From: Centroscyllium fabricii
Taxonomy: Eukaryota
Direction: 5' to 3'
Length of the DNA stretch: 64,000 bases
NCBI GenBank assembly: GCA_051313645.2
Contig: JBNRSN020000009.1
Coordinates: forward strand, 98,890,001-98,954,000
Shown here in pieces: positions 48,313 to 60,513 of the stretch. The position numbers and the translations under genes are program-made. The notes below the pieces were generated by a model. That model did no database searches and was not told the origin of the DNA. It worked only from the letters and a program-made list of their open reading frames with translations. Each line of letters opens with the position of its first letter. The first letter of the stretch is position 1.

Positions 48313-51300
48313 TGACGTATCGTCAATCAAACACGAAAGACGAGTAGTTACCCAAACTACAGGCTTTTATTCACTTACAATGGAGCTAGTCTCCTGTCGA
48401 GTTCAAGGCGAGAATGAGCGGGGGCAGGGCAGCCCTCACCTATTTGCTCCCACCTGAGGGGAGGAGTTAGAGGTGTGGCTGACCTGGCCTTGCATACAAT
48501 ATACAGTGTCAAAGGTGAGCACATCCATATATACACTGGTAATACGGTTACTATATACACTGGTAATACGGTTACCACATTCACCCCTTCTTTAAAAACA
48601 AGTCCGGCGGGGTGAACGAGAGAAGAAGAAGAAAACATTTTTTAATATGTCCGTTAGACGCAATCAACACTGCGCTATTAGTCTCTCTGGCAGTCGCGTC
48701 TGCCTCGAGGACCGCCGGGGTGCCGGTAAAGGTGGTGGTGCCGGTTGCAGGGCCGGGATCGGGTTCTCCGCCAACGGTGCCGGCGGTGAGGTGTCCGATC
48801 CCGGGTCGTTGATCGGAGGTGTTGATGGCCCCGGTGTGTGTATGTATGGGGGCCAGTATTCGGTGGGTGGTGGCTGGTCGGGCTGAGGCTCGACCGGGGG
48901 TTCTGCCCTAGTGCTCCCGGCGGGTGCCAGGTCCCTGATCGAGACAGTGTCCTCGCGCCCGTCCGGGAATGTCACGTAAGCATACTGCGGGTTGGCGTGG
49001 AGCAGATGCACCCGTTCCACCAGCGGTTCAGTCTTGTGGGCGCGGACGTGTTTCCTAAGCAACACCGGCCCCTGCGTTGTGAGCCACAGCGGGAGTGCTG
49101 TCCCTGAAGTCGACTTCCTGGGGAAGGAAAATAACAGGTCGTGAGGTGTTGAATTAGTAGCGGTACACAACAGAGAGCGGATGGCATGGAGTGCGTCTGG
49201 GAGGACCTCCTGCCAACGGGAGAATGGAAGGCCTCTGGACTTCAGGCCCAGGTTGACCGCCTTCCTGATGGTCCCGTTCGCGCATTCTACCTGGCCGGGG
49301 TTTGTAACTGGTCGTTCTGCTTGAGGCAACCCCTTTCTGAAGCAGAAACTGACGCAGTTCGTCGCTCATGAACGACGACCCCCGGTCGCTATGGATGTAA
49401 CTGGGGAGACCGAAAATGGCGAACAGCGTGGTGAAGTGCTTGATCACAGTTGCGCTCGTCATGTCTGGGCAGGGGAAGGTGAAGGGGAAGCGTGAGAACT
49501 CGTCTATGACCGTGAGGAAATACGAGTTGTGGTCAGTGGAGGGGAGGGGGCCTTTGAAGTCCATGCTCAGGCGTTCAAAGGGGCGGGTGGCCTTGATGAT
49601 GTGCGCCGTGTCTGGCCTGTAAAATTGGGGTTTGCACTCGGCACAGACAGGGCACTTTTTGGTCATAGCCTTTATCTCCTTGATGGAGTAGGGGAGGCTA
49701 TGGGATTTGACGAAGTGGGTGAGTCTGGTGACACCCGGGTGGCAGAGGCGATCGTGGAGGGCCTTCAGCCGGTCAAGCTGGGCGCTGGCGCACGTTCCCC
49801 TGGACAGTTCATCCGGGGGTTCGTTCAGTTTGCCTGGACGGTAAAGAATGTCGTACTCGTAAGTCGAGAGCTCGATCTGCCACCGCAGGATCTTATCATT
49901 CTTGATCTTACCCCGTTGTTTATTATTAAACATAAACGCCACAGACCGTTGGTCGGTGAGCAGGGTAAAACGCTTACCGGCCAGTTAATGACGCCAGGTA
50001 ATGACTGCCTCCACGATGGCCTAAGCCTCCTTTTCCACCGCTGAGTGGCGAGTTTCGGGTCCCTGTAGGGTCCGGGAGAAAAACGCTACGGGCCTGCCTG
50101 CCTGGTTTGTTTCGGGTCCCTGTAGGGTCTGGGAGAAAAACGCTGCGGGCCTGCCTGCCTGGTTCAGGGTGCCGGCAAGGGCGAAGTCCGAAGCGTCACT
50201 CTCCACCTGGAAAGGGATGGACTCATCAACGGCATGCATGGTTGCCTTGATGATGTCTTCCTTAATCCGAGCGAATGCCATTTGGGCTTCTTCCGAGAGG
50301 GGGAAGACGTCGGCCTTGAGGAGAGGTCTGGCCTTATCTGCGTACTGGGGGACCCATTGCGCGTAATAAGAAATGAACCCTAGACATCTCCTCAGGGCTT
50401 TGGGGTTGTGAGGTAAGGGCAGCACTTGCAAGGGGTGCATACGCTGTGGGTCGGGGCCGAGGACCCCGTTTTCCACCATGTATCCGAGGATAGCAAGCCA
50501 ATCCGTACTAAAGACACACTTGTCCTTATTGTACGTGAGATCCAGCCGTTTCGCCGTGTGCAGGAATTTGGCGAGGTTGGCATCGTGGTCCTGCTGGTCA
50601 TGGCCACAGATGGTCATGTTGTCCAGGAAGGGGAAGGTGGGCTGCAACCCATTCTGGTCAACCATACGGTCCATCTCCCTCTGGAACACCGACACTCCGT
50701 TGGTCACACCGAAGGGGACCCGGAGGAAGTGGTAGAGCCGGCTGTTCGCCTCGAAGGCGGTGTACTGGCGGTCGGATTTCCGGATGGGGAGTTGGTAATA
50801 TGCTGACTTGAGGTTGATTGTGGAAAAGACCTTGTACTGGGCGATCTGGTTTACCATATCCGAGATGCGGGGGAGGGGGTAGGCGTCGAGCCCGGTGTAG
50901 CGGTTAATCGTCTGGCTATAGTCGATGACCATGCGCAGTTTCTCGCCCGTCTTAACCACTACGACCTGGGCCTGCCAAGGGCTGGTGCTGGCCTCAATGA
51001 TCCCCTCTTGCAGCATATGCCCAACCTCCGACCTGATAAACGCCCGGTCCCCTGCACTGTAACGCCGACTTTTGGTAGCAATGGGCTTGCATTTGGGGTC
51101 GAGATTGGCGAACAGTGAGGGGGGGTCGACTTTTAATGTGGACAGGCCGCAAGTCGAGCTCCGCTTTAATTAGGGATTGTCCCGGCTACTGACGGTGAGG
51201 GGGGCCAGGGTTCCACCGAAATCCATCGTCACGCTCTTCAGGTGGCACTGGAAATCCAGTCCCAGTAAGACTGGGACGCACAACTGCTGGAGGATGTACA

Positions 51301-53191
51301 ACTTAAAATTGCGGTAGATGCAGTCCCTGATCGTGAGCGTGACGCTGCAGTAGCCGGTGACGTCCGCCGTGTGGGACTTTGAGGCAAGGGAGATTTGGTA
51401 ATGCGTGGGCTGGGTTCACAGTGCGTAGCGCCGCACTGTGTCGGGGTGTATAATTGTCTCTGTTCTACCGGTGTCGAACAGGCAGTTAGTGACGTGCCCG
51501 TCCACCTTAATCTCCATCGTGGAGTTGGACAAGGTGTGCAGCCGAGCCTGATCGACAGTGGCTGAGGCCGAGGTGTATGTGTGTGAGTGGGGGCCCTCCG
51601 CTAGCTGGGGCCCCGGCCGGGGCAGTTGGCAAGATGGCCGCTCATAAGATGGCGGCGCTGGCGATGCGCTCGAGTCCGGCTGCTGTGGATAAGATGGCGG
51701 TGCCCGTGGTTCACACGCGGCCGACCGTGGTGGACAAGATGGCGGCGCCCGTGGTTTGCACGTGGCCGACCGCGGTGGACAAGATGGTGGCACCGGGGGG
51801 TCGCACATGGCCGACCGCTGAGGATAAGATGGCGGCGCCCGTGGTTCGCACGCGGCTAGCCGTGGTGGACAAGATGGCGGCGCCAGGGGGTCGCATATGG
51901 CCGGCCGCTGTCGATATGATGACGGCGCCGGGGGGTCGCATATGGCCGGTCGCGGTGGCGTTTGGAGTGGCGGCGCCTGTGCCGTGCGCGCGGCCGGCCT
52001 CCGCCGTACAGTTAAGGGGTACTGAGGCACCCGCGCTTTACCCCCGGCTGACCGCTGCTGGGTCGCGCTGCAACACCGTACCTTGGGCCATGGAGTGGCA
52101 TCGCTATTTTCACAGGCCGTGCTGTTGGGTCTGGAGGTGGAGGTGGAGGCTGGGCTGGACTTGCACACCTTCGCGAGGTGCCCCTTCTTCGCGCACCGCT
52201 CGCAGGTCGCGTTCCTCGCGGGGCACTACACCCGCGGGTGCTTCCCTTGGCTGCAGAAGTAGCATCTGTGCCCCGCCAGTGTCTTCGCAGCCGCTGCTGC
52301 TATCGTGGGGGTCTCGGCCTGTCGCGGTGTCACCCAGGGGTCAGGGGTATCGTGTGGGCCGTGGTCTCCGTACGCCTCCAGCTTTCGTAGCGCTCCATCT
52401 ACCGCATTAGAAAGAGTTATTGCGGACTCGAGCGACAGTGTGTCCTGCTCCAGCAGCCGCTGGCGGGCCTGGCTGGACCTGAGTCCAGCCACATATGCAT
52501 CCTGGATTAGGAGGTTCGCTTCTTCCTCCACCGTCCTTGGCTGGCAGTCGCAGGCCTGTGCGAGGACTTGAAGCGCTAGTAAGAACTGTTCGTTGAACTC
52601 ACCGAGTCGTTGTCGTCTGGTCGCCAGAACATGCCTGGCATAGACCGAGTGGGCCGGGCGCATGTAGCAGTCCTTTAGTTTTTTCACCACTTCCCCGTAC
52701 GTCTTGAGGTTGCGGATAAAGGAATAAACCCGGCCGCTGATCCGTGATGAGAGTACCTGGAGTTTGTCCTCATCACTTGTAGCCTTCACGGCCTTCATGT
52801 AGGCCTCGACCAGGCCAAACCAGTGTTCGATGTTGTTATCAGCATCGGGTGCCTGAGGATTGATGTCGAGGCGACCCGGTGTCACTACATTACTCTCCAT
52901 GTTTTAAAATTAAGTGAATAATATTGACATATCGTCAATCAAACACGAAAGACGAGTAGTTACCCAAACTACAGGCTTTTATTCACTTACAATGGAGCTA
53001 GTCTCCTGTCGAGTTCAAGGCGAGAATGAGCGGGGGCAGGGCAGCCCTCACCTATATGCTCCCACCTAAGGGGAGGAGTTAGAGGTGTGGCTGACCTGGC
53101 CTTGCACACAATGTACAGTGTCAAAGGTGAGCACATCCATATATACACTGATAATACGGTTACTATATACACTGGTAATACGGTTACCACA
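48313..53191 (-). mobile_element. Gypsy family B full-length copy 2 (defective)
   Basis: 267-bp LTRs 48313-48579 and 52925-53191 (about 6 mismatches), TSD CCTTC. Gag 52226..52900, protease LFDTG, RT FLDN, integrase. Frameshifts, stops and a tandem duplication in RNase H. Confidence 0.95.
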
Positions 53192-53560
53192 CCTTCTTTG
53201 CTTGTGAAGACACAAAATGGTGGTCAGTGTGTGTTCATTGTTTGAGAGGCCCCCTGGACAAGAAGGGGAGAACACACATCTCACAGGAACAGGAATGTGT
53301 CATGCGGATGGAACTCCAATTAAGGAAGGTTTGGAGTGGGACAGACCTATCCAAGGGAGGCAGAGAGCAATTTACGATCAACAAGGCCTTATAATCCAAT
53401 GGAGGGAGATTTCAGAGATAAGAAGAAGAACAAAGAAAAAAGCAGGAGGAAGACTGAAGTGAGAAAGTTGGGCAATTCATGTTTCGACTTACAGTTTCCC
53501 TTGACCGACCACCCAGAAACGAAGGAGTGTGTATGAAAATTGGACATGGGCTTAGATATT

Positions 53561-54470
53561 GGGCCCTGTTTTCCTGTGGCCCGATTGCTGTGGGTGCGCG
53601 CTCACGTGCACCCGCGGCGCACGCGCACGTAATTTTTTTTTTTTTTCTGACGGCAATTTCCTGTGGAAAATGCCGGGTTTTTTTGCTGTGTAGGGATCTG
53701 GTTTTTTTTGGTGCGAGGTGCTTTGTGCGTAGGTTGTGAGCAGGCCCCGCCCACTGAGGTCGGCTTTCCCCCCGCACAAAGCACAGAATCGGCCTCAGGA
53801 TAAAGAATATCGGGTAGGAAGCACCTTGTTTTTTTTAAGTTTCCAGGAAGCACCTTGTTTTTTTTAAGTTTCTAGGAAGCACCTTGTTTTTTTTGGTGGA
53901 AGTGAAAAAAAAACGTTTAAAGGTAAGTTTTTTTTTTATTCCTTTGCAGATATTTGTCTGTGGTCTTTCAGCTTGTAAATGGGTAGGGTTTTTTTTTTTT
54001 TGGTGAAAGTGAAAAAAAAACGGGTTTTAACGCGAATTAAGCAACTGTGATGGCCATCAGAGCTGCTGACATCGCGTTCAAAACCCGTTTTTTTTTCACT
54101 TTCACCAACAAAAAAAAACCCTACCCATTTACAAGCTGAAAGACCACAGACAAATATCTGCAAAGGAATCAAAAAAAAACTTACCTTTAAACGTGTTTCT
54201 CCACTTCTCAAAGCTGCTGCAGCACCTCAAAGACTGCTTTTTAAATGTGCAGCTGAAGAGAGACTTGCCCACGTGATACACACGCATTTTGAGCAGCTGC
54301 CACAGGAAATCGGCAGCTCAAAGTCTTCCTGGGTAGGAAGCTGAAGCCCCTTGCCCATCAGCACAGGAAATTCACGTTTCTGGTAATCACCCGAGCTGCA
54401 CCCCTACGAGACATTTCTGACCCCCCTTCGTGGGGGTGCAGCTCTTCTGGAGCACAGGAAAACAGGGCCC
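53561..54470. mobile_element. Harbinger-like MITE with internal foldback
   Basis: Perfect 18-bp TIR GGGCCCTGTTTTCCTGTG. Internal inverted arms at ~53912-54035 / 54072-54194. Confidence 0.85.
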
Positions 54471-54719
54471 AATGTTAAAGGGGATACTTTTATGTACATT
54501 TGAATCATTAAAGGGGCACTTTTATATACTTTGAATTGATAAGTTGCAGGCATATTCATTACCGGGAGTTCTTTGAATTTAATGCCAAAGGTATGTACAC
54601 TTGAATTTTGAACTATAGTCTGATTAAAAGACCAATTTTATTGATCACATCCTTGTCTGTCATTGTTACGCTAATTTGTAATTCTCGAGGTCCGAACAGT
54701 AGTAAGAGAAAGTGCTACA

Positions 54720-56056
54720 GGACACGAAATAGGGGGATTCGCAAACAGCAAGGAGGACTGTCAAGAAGTTCAGGAAGATATTGACAGGTTCGCTGAATTG
54801 GCAGATGGGTTGCAGATGCAATTTAATGTGGATAAGTTGTGAGGTAATGCTTTTTGGGAGTTAAAACAAGGAACTGGAGCATATATTCAGTTGAAGATGC
54901 TAAAAGGTGTAGATGAACCAAGAAAACTAAGGGTTCAAATACATAAATATGTAATTCAATAAAATTGCAAGTGCAGTTAGTTAAAGCCGTTAAAAAATCA
55001 CCAGAATTTTTAGAAATAGAGGAATAGATACAAAAACAAAGTAAGGACACATTTGAATGTTGGTTAGGCCACAGTCAGGCCTGGTTAGTACTTGGATGGG
55101 GGACCACCAGGGAATACCAGGTGCAGAAGGTCATGAAAGGAGCCCCGGGGAGGGGCGATTGGCTGAAGATTGTCGGAATGATGGAAAAGATGGAATGGCG
55201 GCGCGCACAGACGCAGTGGCTTTGCTGGACTCGTGGGAGCTTGCAAGATCACATTTCATTGTTCATGTACTTGTACATTGTATAATGACAATAAAGTTGA
55301 ATTATTATTATTATTAGAGGATTGTACATAATTTTGTGCACCAGATTATACAAAGGACATTAAAGCCATAAGAGAGCATACAGCATACATTCACTAGAAT
55401 GATGCCACTCATGGGAAACTACTGTTATGAGGAGAGATTTGAGATACTAGGATTACATGGAATATACAATACATAAACAGGCCATTCAGCTCAACTAGTT
55501 TATGCTGGTGTTTATGCTCCATATCAGCCTCCTTCCACTCTGTTTCATCTAACCCTATCAGCATATCCTTCTATTCCTTGATCCCTCATGTATTTATCTA
55601 GTTTCCCCTTAAATGCATCTATGCTATCCGCCTCAACTACTTCCACATTCTGACCACTCTGGGATTATTTCCACCAGAGCAGAAAGGAAGAGGAGGTTTA
55701 ATAAGAGTTTTAAAATTATGAAGGGCTGTATTTTCTTTGTTGGGGGAACCAGTCATGTGGCGTTGTCAATTTAAAGTGATCACTACAAGAGCGAGGAGAG
55801 AGGTTCAGAGAAATTTCTTGATATGGTGGGTTGTTGGGACATGGAATGCTTTGCCACAGGGAATGATTACAGTAGAGACCACTGCATATTTAAGGAAAAG
55901 TTGGATATATTTGAAGCAGAGGAAGATACCAGGTTATGGGCAGAGAGTAGGGCAGTGAGTTTAGTTTTGGATTGCTCTATCAAAGAGTTGTCACAGTGAC
56001 AATGAGCTGAATGGATTCCTTCAGTGGTGTCAACTGATATGGTTCAATGGTTCTAT
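54720..56056 (+). mobile_element. Old, decayed CR1 3' fragment with nested insertions
   Basis: DTKIGG...EDIDR, LVRPQ and RNF..WVVGTWNALP remnants. Small inverted CR1 tail at ~55455-55660. Confidence 0.7.
55074..55316 (+). mobile_element. 5S-rRNA-derived SINE-like insert (5'-truncated)
   Basis: 55074-55130 matches the 3' half of 5S rRNA (gcctggttagtacttggatggg.gacc...gggaatacc.ggtgc). A unique body follows, then the tail tgacaataaag...(TTA)n. Confidence 0.7.
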
Positions 56057-56336
56057 GTTAATTAGCTCAGTGGGGGACAAATATAGTTGCTCAAAGGACT
56101 TTGCATTTTTTTTCGTGGAGATTTGATTGTTTGCTTTTGTAGCAGATGCTAATGTTCATTAGTTGTTTCTTAAGTGAAATTGACTCTAGTATTTCTTTTA
56201 GAGATAAAGAAGGCAATTTTTTACATACATAGTAGGGTTTGTTTGGTTGGCTGGCTTTTAGTAAATGGTGCATTTGAGTCTATCAACATATTTCACATTT
56301 TCATTATTTGAGATGAATTTCAGATCAATTCATATC

Positions 56337-57341
56337 TGTCATAGATGGAATTCTCCTTTAAGGATTCCATCTTTAAATTCTATGTCTGTTCTCTGTTTAA
56401 TTCATTATACCTCGTTTTCCAGTAAATACAGCTAATTGTACCTCGTTTATTGTTTCGTGCAATTAAGGGGACTGAGCTAATTAATCAATTTGGCTTGAGC
56501 TGTATTTAAGCTTTGGGTTGGCAACAGGAGATTGCCGGATCATTATCTACTACTAGGAAACAGATGTGCTGTCCTAGCTCCATGGAGGCAGTCTAATGTG
56601 GGGAGTTCCCCTGCTTGTAGAAGAAATGGATTCTCCTTCTGAAAACTCTGTTGGAGTGAGTCCCCTCGGTGGAGCGGACCCTGGAGAATGCCTGTTTCTA
56701 CATTCTGGACATTGCTCTCTATCACCTGAACTCAGGTTTGGACATTGATGCTGATTTACTATGAAGTAGTCGTTGTAAAAGGTTCTACTCACAGAAGAAA
56801 ACTTGTTCCAGTTCCTAAAGCTCTCTGATGAAGTAGTCGTTGTAAAAGGTTCTACTCACAGAGGAAAGCTAGTTTCCAGTTCCTAAAACTCTCTGATGAA
56901 GTAGTCGTTGTAAAAGGTTCTACTCACAGAAGAAAACTTGTTCCAGTTCCTAAAGCTCTCTGATGAAGTAGTCGTTGTAAAAGGTTCTACTCACAGAGGA
57001 AAGCTAGTTCCAGTTCCTAAAACTCTCTGATGAAGTAGTCGTTGTAAAAGGTTCTACTCACAGAAGAAAGCTTGTTCCAGTTCCTAAAACTCTCTGATGA
57101 AGTAGTCGTTGTAAAAGGTTCTACTCACAGAAGAAAATCTTGTTCCAGTTCCTAACTTCTTTGATGCTCTTCGCTGAGTGTCCTGGGGGTCCGAAGCGTA
57201 TTACGAATGTCGTTGATCTCTGTATTGTAATATTTGACTGTATGTATATATATGTTTTGGCAAATTGGGGAAATAAAGGAATCTTAGCTCTAGACTGTTG
57301 TCCAGTGTCTTGCATTTGGGCCCCACCACCCAAACGTTACA
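56337..57341 (-). mobile_element. 1005-bp solo LTR (family not seen elsewhere in the window)
   Basis: TG...CA ends, 5-bp TSD ATATC (56332-56336, 57342-57346), and AATAAA on - at 56446-56451. Confidence 0.78.
56761..57155. repeat. 67-bp tandem repeat, about 6 copies, inside the solo LTR
   Basis: Unit starts at 56761, 56828, 56896, 56963, 57030 and 57097. Confidence 0.95.
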
Positions 57342-57397
57342 ATATCGGGGTGATGGCATTGTTATTCAGTTCACAAGCAGCTAAATCTGCAACTCAC

Positions 57398-57501
57398 AGC
57401 TTGTGAGAATGCCAATTAGATTCAGGTAAAATGTCTGTCCAACATGGTGCTTCTTGCATACCACATCCGCTTGAGATATTGGAAGCTTGTTAAAAATATC
57501 C
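57398..57501 (-). other. Candidate host exon (unidentified)
   Basis: cttttacAG acceptor and GTGAGT donor on -. One open frame, DIFNKLPISQADVVCKKHHVGQTFYLNLIGILTS. Confidence 0.25.
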
Positions 57502-58368
57502 CTGTAAAAGATTCACACATCAGCTCAGTGTGGGGGGTTGGGGTGCTAACTGCCCAGAGCCCAGACATAGGAAGTGGTAGCATGTTTAATTGATTTGCAG
57601 CTTGACTAGTTGATTCCAGTACAGGTACATAGACAGCTGGGGGAGGGCCAGGGATCAAGCCTTTGACTTCCTGTCCAGCTAAAGAGAAACGAATACCTAG
57701 AGGAAATTGGAAAAGGAAGACAGACACAGCGGGAAAGATCTCTTTGCTTAAGTTTAGTGCTGATTAGTTTCAGAGAAACCGTTGGTCAGAAAAGTATACT
57801 TCGCCCACGAACAGTGACATCATGTCGTGCTTTGTTATTTTCTACGTTATAATGGACCTTACAAAATAGATTAAAATTCAGAGTAAATGTTATTCTGTTC
57901 ATTCATAAATATGTAATTAATCAGCTTGTTGGTTTATAATTGACCTTGTCTCACCAAAACATAGAAGAAACATGCATGGGGGCACTTGCAAGATTACAGT
58001 ATAAAGTTGATGTAATTTGAGGCTTCATTGTTACGACCACCCCCTGGTCACACTATTTGGTAGATATTGGGCAGTATATGCAAACTCCTGATTGTAAGTG
58101 GGGGGGGGGGGGGACGGATCCTGCTTCTGGGAGAGATCAGTGATGTTGGCCCCGAAAGAGTATCTAGCGCATACCCAAAATTTATCACACACATTTTGTA
58201 GGCATATCAATTATTTTTCTGCACCTTACAGACATTTTTCATGCAATACACACATTTGCAGATTGCAGAGGTTTTAATTATAGCAGAATATGTCCTGTGG
58301 CATTGCCACGGTGAGTTGGATGATGCACTATTTATAACAATAGGTGTGTTTATGGGATAGGTGATACC

Positions 58369-59702
58369 TGTGGTAACCGTGTAATCCCGTAGCCTCCCCT
58401 ACTCCATTACGGAGATTAAGGCTATGACCAAAGAGTGCCCTGTCTGTGCCGAGTGCAAACCCCAATTCTACAGGCCAGACAGGGCGTACGTCATCAAGGC
58501 CACTCGTCCCTTTGAACGCCTGAGTGTGGACTTCAAAGGCCCCCACCCCCCCCGCTCCACTGACCGCAACTCCTACTTCCTTACGGTCATAGACGAGTTC
58601 ACACGCATCCCCTTTGCCTTTCCCTGCCCAGATATGACGAGCGCAACGGTGATCAAACACTTCACCACGCTGTTCGCCATTTTTGGTCTCCCCAGCTATA
58701 TCCATAGCGACCGGGGGTCGTCGTTCATGAGTGACCAGTTACAACCCCCGGGGGAACGGCCAGGTAGAAAGGGAGAATGGGACCATCTGGAAGGCGGTCA
58801 ACCTGGGCCTGAAGTCCAGAGGCCTTCCAGTCTCCCGTTGGCAGGAGGTCCTCCCAGACGCGCTCCATTCCATCCGCTCGCTGTTGTGTACCGCCACTAA
58901 TGCCACACCTCATGACCTGTTGTTTTCCTTCCCCAGGAAGTCGACTTCGGGGACAGCATTCCCGCTGTGGCTCACAGCGCAGGGGCCAGTGTTGCTTAGG
59001 AAGCACGTCCGTGGCCACAAGACTGACCCCCTGGTGGAACGGGTGCATCTGCTCCACGCCAACCCACAATATGCTTACGTGGTATTCCCGGACAGGCGGG
59101 AGGATACGGTCTTGATCAGGGATCTGGTGCCCGCCGGGAGCACAATGGCAGAACCCCTGGTCAAGCCTCAGCTCGACCAGCCACCACCGACCGACTACTG
59201 GCTCCCACATATACACACACCGGGGCCCTCAACACCACCGATCGACGACCCGGGATCGGACGCCGCACCGCTAGCACCGTTGGTGAAGAGCACGACCCCG
59301 GCCCTGCAACCGGCACCACCATCACCGGCACCCCGGCGGTCCCTCATGCAGACGCGACCGCCGGAGAGACTGATAACAAACTGTTAAAAGACTCTGTATA
59401 TATATCTTTTTTTCCACCCTCAGGCATGTTCACCCCGCCGGACTTGTTTTTAAAGAAGGGGTGAATGTAGTAACCGTGTATAACCACTGTATATAGTTGC
59501 TGGTCTACCTGTATAATATTGTAGGCCATGTCAGCCACACCCATAACTCCTCCCCTCAGGTCGGAGTATATAGGTGAGTGCTGCCCTGCCCCCACTCATT
59601 CTTCACCTTGACCTCATCAGGAGACCAGCTCCATTCATAGTTAATAAAAGCCTGTAGTTTAGGTAACTACTCGTCTTTGTATGATTAATTGACGATACGT
59701 CA
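58369..59702 (+). mobile_element. Gypsy family B copy 3, internally deleted
   Basis: TSD ATACC. The first 15 bp of the 5' LTR join directly to integrase. 3' LTR 59466-59702. Confidence 0.92.
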
Positions 59703-60229
59703 ATACCATCATAGCTGCTGATTTACAGTGACTGAATATGTGATATTCCATTTTTATTACATGATGTTTTGGGATTTTTCAAAATTCTTTGGGAATTGAA
59801 TTCTACAATTCTGTCCATTATTCTGTGAAACCCGTAAATGAGTGAGATTCATTCTCTGCATATAAACAGGTAATAATTAAAGGCTTACTTTCAAAATTCA
59901 ACTCATTTGTTTTTTTAAAGAAATTAACTTGTTTTAGGATGAAGAAAAACACATCTACCTATCTCTCTGAGCTCAATATGCTTTCTTGCGTTTATACTTC
60001 ATTTAGAATTCAAACACCAACAAAGACTGTAATAAGAATATGATGAGAACAGCCCATCATTTTTCTCTCTCTCCACATGGAGCATATGAAAATACAAACA
60101 GTGCATGTTTTCCACTACACTCCTTGCACTTATGACTTGCCTGTATGTTTTGGTTGGCAAAGCTAAGGAGCACTAGAACAATTTATTCCCTGATGAAATA
60201 TGAAGCCAATGGCAGCTCGCATTGTAGAA

Positions 60230-60440
60230 GAAAAACAGAAAATGCTGGAAACCCAGAAAATGCTGGAAACAATCAGCAGGTCAGTCAGCATCTATGGAGA
60301 GAACAGACAGTCCTGATTAAGGTTTATATCTGAAATATTAACTTGTTTGTTCTCTTCACAGATGCTGATGACCAGCTGAGTGTTTCCAACATTTTCTGTC
60401 TCTGTTTCAGATGTCCATGATTTGTACTGTTTTGCTTTTT
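60230..60440. mobile_element. Decayed Penelope pLTR foldback
   Basis: cagaaaatgctggaaac...cagcatct / gatgctg...tttccaacattttctg, as at 18558. Confidence 0.6.
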
Positions 60441-60513
60441 ATTTATGCAGCTTGCATTCTTGTTTTCTTACCAAGGATTGTAAAAATCAAGCTGTTGTTG
60501 TACTGAACTGAGC

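Noticed and set aside
44276-54470. 10-kb composite transposon bounded by inverted MITE ends, with AAT on both flanks
   Set aside because: The CR1 left of 44276 does not resume after 54470, 53561-54470 has its own TIR pair, and a 3-bp AT-rich match is expected by chance.
48198-54719. LTR-like sequence hosting Gypsy copy 2 and the MITE
   Set aside because: Plausible TGT...ACA ends, but no matching TSD was found.
55074-55130. Functional 5S rRNA gene
   Set aside because: Only the 3' half is present, with mismatches, no A box and no T-run terminator.
56761-57155. CRISPR-like array
   Set aside because: The units are contiguous with no unique spacers, there are no cas genes, and the context is eukaryotic inside an LTR.
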